This document shows positions 16,414 through 20,000 of a DNA stretch of 20,000 nt, in pieces. The DNA is from an uncultured virus (IMG/VR IMGVR_UViG_3300045747_000172) (taxonomy: Duplodnaviria > Heunggongvirae > Uroviricota > Caudoviricetes): the IMG/VR virus record IMGVR_UViG_3300045747_000172; one strand, given 5' to 3'. A program made the translations under genes and the position numbers. Within the stretch, counting starts at the first letter, position 1; each line of letters opens with the position of its first letter. The notes under the pieces are model-generated. The model made no database searches. It had not been told where the DNA came from and saw nothing but the letters and a program-made list of their open reading frames with translations.

Positions 16414-17742
16414 CTACCTCCGCTGCTCACGCATGCGGCTGAGGCGGTCGCCCCCTTCGGCCGGCGGATCCCCGCGCCCACGCTCGGGCTCCCGGCTGCC
16501 CCGGCCGCGGTCCTCGGCGGCCTTGGTCAGCTTGAGGTCCTCGCAGATCCAGTCCGCGAGGATGGTGTCACTGTCGGCCTTGTTCGGGTTGATGGACTTG
16601 AGGTCCGGGTGGCTCTCGCACAGCGCGTCGAGCTCTGCGGTGGTCATGGCGTGCACGATCTCCCAGGTGATCTCGGGTTCGTCACGCCGGCTGCTGCCGC
16701 GGTCATCGCGACTGTCACGGCCGCCGCGGTCGTCCCGGCTGTCCCGGTCCCGCCCAGAATCCCGCGTATCGCGGTCTGATCCGCGATCGTCCCGCCCTCG
16801 GCCCTGCTGCTGGTCACCGCCGCCGCTATCGCGGCTGTCGCGGTCGCTGCGGGTGGTGTGAGCACCCCCGCCGCCCAGCGCCTTCTCGATGTGCTCGGCG
16901 GTCTGGAACTCGAGGATGCTCGGCAACGGGTTCTCGACGGCGAAGTCCATCCACTCGGCCTTGCCCAGCGGGCTGTCACGGCGGGCGATGGCGATGCCGG
17001 TGTACTTGGTGCCGATGCCCTTGCCGGCCTTGGTGAACTCGATGTCGAAGCCCTGCTCCGGGTCGTCAATCGGCAACACGTCACCGGTGCGGCGGTCGAT
17101 GCTCACCTTCACCACGTTCTGGTCAAAGGTGGCCGGGCTCGGCCAGGCCTGCACGCCGCTGCGCTCGTCGTCACGGTCGATCATCCAGAACAGGCTGCGC
17201 CGGGTCGGTTCGAGGTCCTTGATGTACTCCTCGGACTCGCGGTCCTTCTTGGCCCGCACGCGCTCGGTGCAGATGGGGCAGTCGCCCTTGCCGTGCTTCT
17301 CGAGGCACAGGTAGGTCTGCTCGTCCGGGCCGATGCTGTAGTGGACGTAGATGTCGATGCCGTAGTGGTCACGCACGCCTTCCCAGGTGGCAGGCAGGAT
17401 GCGGATGGTGTTGTCGCCGTCACGCGGCTTGAACATCTTGACGTCATCGCGCAGGTAGACGTCCCAGTCACGGTTGCTGCGCTCGGCACGCTGCTTGGCC
17501 GCGACGGGGTCACGGCGCTGGTACGAGAACCCGCTGCTGCCCCCACGGCCACCACTGCGGCCGCTGTCGCGCCCTGAGTCACGCCCGGAGTCCCTGCCAC
17601 CGCGGTCGTCCCCACGGTCGCGCCCCGAGTCACGGCCACCCCGGTCATCACGGCCCCGGTCCGAGCCACTGTCCCGTCCACGTTCGCGGCCGGAGTCCCG
17701 GCCACGATCACTGCTGCCATCACGGCGGTTCATTTCTGCCAT
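16414..17742 (-). CDS. gp32-like single-stranded DNA-binding protein with R/D/G/S-rich disordered extensions
   Basis: Core FKPRDGDNTIRILP, VH...YLCL...GDCPIC (His/Cys3 Zn site as in T4 gp32), IDDPEQGFDIEFTK.G.G..TKY; located between UvsY-like and RecA-like genes; SD AAGGAA. Confidence 0.8.
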   Translation of the reverse strand: MAEMNRRDGSSDRGRDSGRERGRDSGSDRGRDDRGGRDSGRDRGDDRGGRDSGRDSGRDSGRSGGRGGSSGFSYQRRDPVAAKQRAERSNRDWDVYLRDDVKMFKPRDGDNTIRILPATWEGVRDHYGIDIYVHYSIGPDEQTYLCLEKHGKGDCPICTERVRAKKDRESEEYIKDLEPTRRSLFWMIDRDDERSGVQAWPSPATFDQNVVKVSIDRRTGDVLPIDDPEQGFDIEFTKAGKGIGTKYTGIAIARRDSPLGKAEWMDFAVENPLPSILEFQTAEHIEKALGGGGAHTTRSDRDSRDSGGGDQQQGRGRDDRGSDRDTRDSGRDRDSRDDRGGRDSRDDRGSSRRDEPEITWEIVHAMTTAELDALCESHPDLKSINPNKADSDTILADWICEDLKLTKAAEDRGRGSREPERGRGDPPAEGGDRLSRMREQRR

Positions 17743-17774
17743 TGCAGTTCCTTCTTAGGTTGGTAAAAGGACCC

Positions 17775-18281
17775 TCAGGTCCGCCTTCTCAGTTCGCCGC
17801 GTTGCGCGGCCACTCGTGCACTTGCCTCCTGTATGGCAGCGCGCCCTGCCACGTCGATCTGCGAGTAGGTGGTGCGCTTGCCCACCGTCGTGTCAATCTG
17901 GTAGTAGCCCTGCCCGTGCAGGTCCGCCAGGGTCTTCAGGTTGTAGCCCCGGGCAGTCCACGCCAGGTTCAGTGCCATCCACTCCTCGTACTCCTGCTTG
18001 GCGTCCCGGTAGTGCGTCCATGCCTTGATGACCCACGGGTCACGCTGCGCCTCCTTCTCGGCCAGGGGGTTCGAGAGCTTGGTGTCCTCCTTCAGCCGCG
18101 CAATGGTCATCGCCTCGGCAGCCTCCAGGTCCTTCTTGAGGGACGCCTGGCGCGTGTTCAGCTGGGCGACCTCGCGGCCGATGCGCTCAAGGCAGACGCT
18201 GTGGTACTCGAGTTCGCCGTCCAGGTCGTGCTTGTCGATCTTGAGGCGGTCCCGGAACTCGTGGATGTCGATGGAGGCCAT
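17775..18281 (-). CDS. UvsY-like recombination mediator, 168 aa; start revised to ATG 18281
   Basis: Helical protein with LKIDKHDLDGE near the N-terminus and RGYNLKTLADL resembling the T4 UvsY C-terminal motif; adjacent to SSB and RecA; start 4 nt after the clamp-loader stop. Confidence 0.65.
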   Translation of the reverse strand: MASIDIHEFRDRLKIDKHDLDGELEYHSVCLERIGREVAQLNTRQASLKKDLEAAEAMTIARLKEDTKLSNPLAEKEAQRDPWVIKAWTHYRDAKQEYEEWMALNLAWTARGYNLKTLADLHGQGYYQIDTTVGKRTTYSQIDVAGRAAIQEASARVAAQRGELRRRT

Positions 18282-18285
18282 GGAG

Positions 18286-19278
18286 TCAGTCCGGGAAGAT
18301 GACGTTGCCGAACGCCAGCAACAGCGGTGCCAGCTTGTCACTGGCCACGAACGGGGTCTTGAAGTGGTTGAGCATGTTGAGTAGGTCCACGGTCTGGTTG
18401 CCGCCCTTGGAGCCCATGAGGCAAGCTGCCAGGTAGTTGACCACAACTATACGCACGCTCTCTGGATTCGTGTCGGGCATTGCCTTGAGTGTGCTGACCA
18501 CCTTGTCCCAGGTGAGCTTGCCACCGACGAGCAGCCGGGCAAGGTCGATGATCTCCTTGGTCTCCACCGGCCCCTCGAGGAGCTCCGCAGCTTCGTCCGG
18601 GTTCGTGACATGGCGCACAGTGCTGAGCATGGTCAGGGCTTGCCGTGCGCTGCCCTCAGCCGCCCTGGCGATCATCGTGCGGATCTCACCCGGCGTCTTC
18701 AGGTCCTCCTCCTTGCACACGAAGTCGATCAGGTCCATGAGGTCGTCATGGCGCAGAGGCTTGAGGGTGTAGGCGTTGCAGCGGGTCTGGATGGTCTTGG
18801 GCACCTTGCCCTCGACCGTCGTGCAGAAGAAGATGAACACGTGGGCCGGCGGTTCCTCCACCGTCTTGAGCAGGCTGTCCCACGCTTGCTTGGACAGGCC
18901 GTGGCACTCGTCGATGATGATCGCCTTGTTGGGAGTAGCGCCGAACCCGTGGTACCGCAGGGCGCCCGTCACCTCGCGCATGGCGTCGATACCGCTGTTG
19001 CTGGCAGCGTCGATCTCCAGGATGTTGTTCAGGTCACACTGGAACTCTGCGGCGAGGATACGGGCCAGGGTGGTCTTGCCCGTGCCCGCCGGGCCGGTGA
19101 ACAGGAACGCGTGGGGCTTGGCGTTGTCCTTGAGCAGGTCCGCGATGCTCGCGGTGACTGCACCCTGGCCCCAGACGTCCTTGATGACACGCGGCCGGTA
19201 CTTGGTGTGGTAGGGCTCGTCATTGGCTGCCGGGGCGGGAGCGGGTGCAGCGACAGTGAGGGGGCGGCGTTCGGCCAT
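18286..19278 (-). CDS. Clamp loader AAA+ ATPase, DnaX (gamma/tau)-like
   Basis: KYRP, HAFLFTGPAGTGKTTLARI, EIDAAS, IIDECH, LLKTVEEPP, TIQTRC (SRC-type arginine finger), EGSARQAL. Confidence 0.9.
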   Translation of the reverse strand: MAERRPLTVAAPAPAPAANDEPYHTKYRPRVIKDVWGQGAVTASIADLLKDNAKPHAFLFTGPAGTGKTTLARILAAEFQCDLNNILEIDAASNSGIDAMREVTGALRYHGFGATPNKAIIIDECHGLSKQAWDSLLKTVEEPPAHVFIFFCTTVEGKVPKTIQTRCNAYTLKPLRHDDLMDLIDFVCKEEDLKTPGEIRTMIARAAEGSARQALTMLSTVRHVTNPDEAAELLEGPVETKEIIDLARLLVGGKLTWDKVVSTLKAMPDTNPESVRIVVVNYLAACLMGSKGGNQTVDLLNMLNHFKTPFVASDKLAPLLLAFGNVIFPD

Positions 19279-19280
19279 GG

Positions 19281-20000
19281 TCAGTCCTTGTAGGGGTTGG
19301 GAGTGTTGAACAGTTCGTTGGAGCGGAAGACCTGGATCTCCTCCATCTTACTCCACCGGTCCCCGACCTTGACCTCCACGATCAGGGGCACGTTGATGTA
19401 GCGGAACCGAGGACGGCACATCTCGGTCGCGATCCGAGCTATACGCCGCTCCAGGCCCTCGTCAGGCATGTTGAAGGTCAGGTCATCGTGCACGTTGAGC
19501 ATGGGGTGCATGTCCATGTCATCCTCGAGCACCGCCATCTCGCTGACCGCGCACATGCCCTCGGTGACGATCTCGGCTGCCGTGCCCTGGATGGGCATGT
19601 TGATGATCTGGTTGGTGGTCAGTGGCCCATGCCTCCGGATGCCCCCGAGCGTCTCCACGTACAGGTGCTTCTCGTAGAAGGCAATGGTACGCTTCTGCCA
19701 CTTCTTGACGTCCGGGAAGTCATCCCAGAACTCCGCGTCAAGGCGTTGGGTGACGTCCTTGGGCAGGTGCAGGTTGGCACCGCGTGAGTGCATGGACGCA
19801 CCGAAGATGCTAGGGAACACCCACTTGTTCTTGGCTTCCTGGCGCAGGGTCTTCAGCCCTTTCTCGTCCCAGTCCACCTCAAACTCACTGACGATCCAGT
19901 CCTTGATCGCCGGGTACTCCTGTACCATGCGCCCGGCCCAGTAGCCGTGTACGTCATACCCGGTCCAGCACGCCTTGATGAGGTTCTCGTCACCGCTGGC
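19281..20000 (-). CDS. Family A DNA polymerase, C-terminal part (5' end outside the window)
   Basis: The frame is open to base 20000 (ASGDENLIKACWTGYDVH...). Motif B RQEAKNKWVFPSIFG, YVETLGGIRR, NMPIQGTAAEI, motif C LNVHDDL, VPLIVEVKVGDRW. Confidence 0.92.
   Translation of the reverse strand, partial: ASGDENLIKACWTGYDVHGYWAGRMVQEYPAIKDWIVSEFEVDWDEKGLKTLRQEAKNKWVFPSIFGASMHSRGANLHLPKDVTQRLDAEFWDDFPDVKKWQKRTIAFYEKHLYVETLGGIRRHGPLTTNQIINMPIQGTAAEIVTEGMCAVSEMAVLEDDMDMHPMLNVHDDLTFNMPDEGLERRIARIATEMCRPRFRYINVPLIVEVKVGDRWSKMEEIQVFRSNELFNTPNPYKD

Noticed and set aside
390..19944. Many long antisense or alternate-frame ORFs (e.g. 390-1325 -, 3984-4757 -, 13438-14286 +, 16858-17577 +, 18610-19293 +)
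   Set aside because: They are shadows of real genes caused by high GC3 codon bias; they have no SD or motifs and overlap well-supported genes completely.
1..20000. tRNA/rRNA genes, integrase, transposase, introns or inteins
   Set aside because: There is almost no intergenic space and no recognisable motifs; RecA, the loader and the polymerase fragment show no large insertions.

Overview
This window is a gene-dense, GC-rich segment of a tailed dsDNA phage with a contractile (myovirus-type) tail. The spanin pair implies a Gram-negative host. The + strand arm (1-10781) encodes the C-terminus of a probable tape-measure protein with an NNPGNI lysozyme-like domain, a baseplate module, two tail fibres sharing a paralogous N-terminal anchor, a fibre chaperone and a lysis cassette (putative holin, GH24 endolysin with a C-terminal membrane segment, embedded i-/o-spanin pair). 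The - strand arm (20000-10771) encodes a family A DNA polymerase (partial), a DnaX-like clamp loader, UvsY-like mediator, gp32-like SSB, RecA/UvsX, RuvC-like resolvase, Mre11/SbcD and Rad50/SbcC, plus small hypothetical genes. The arms converge with overlapping stop codons. The most unusual signals are (i) a gp32-like SSB wrapped in long Arg/Asp/Gly/Ser mixed-charge disordered repeats, without the usual acidic tail, (ii) short Arg-rich terminal tags shared by its likely partner proteins, (iii) a chimeric fibre with a ~425-aa almost uncharged heptad stalk, and (iv) a membrane-tailed endolysin. All calls come from motif recognition by eye; no database search was run.
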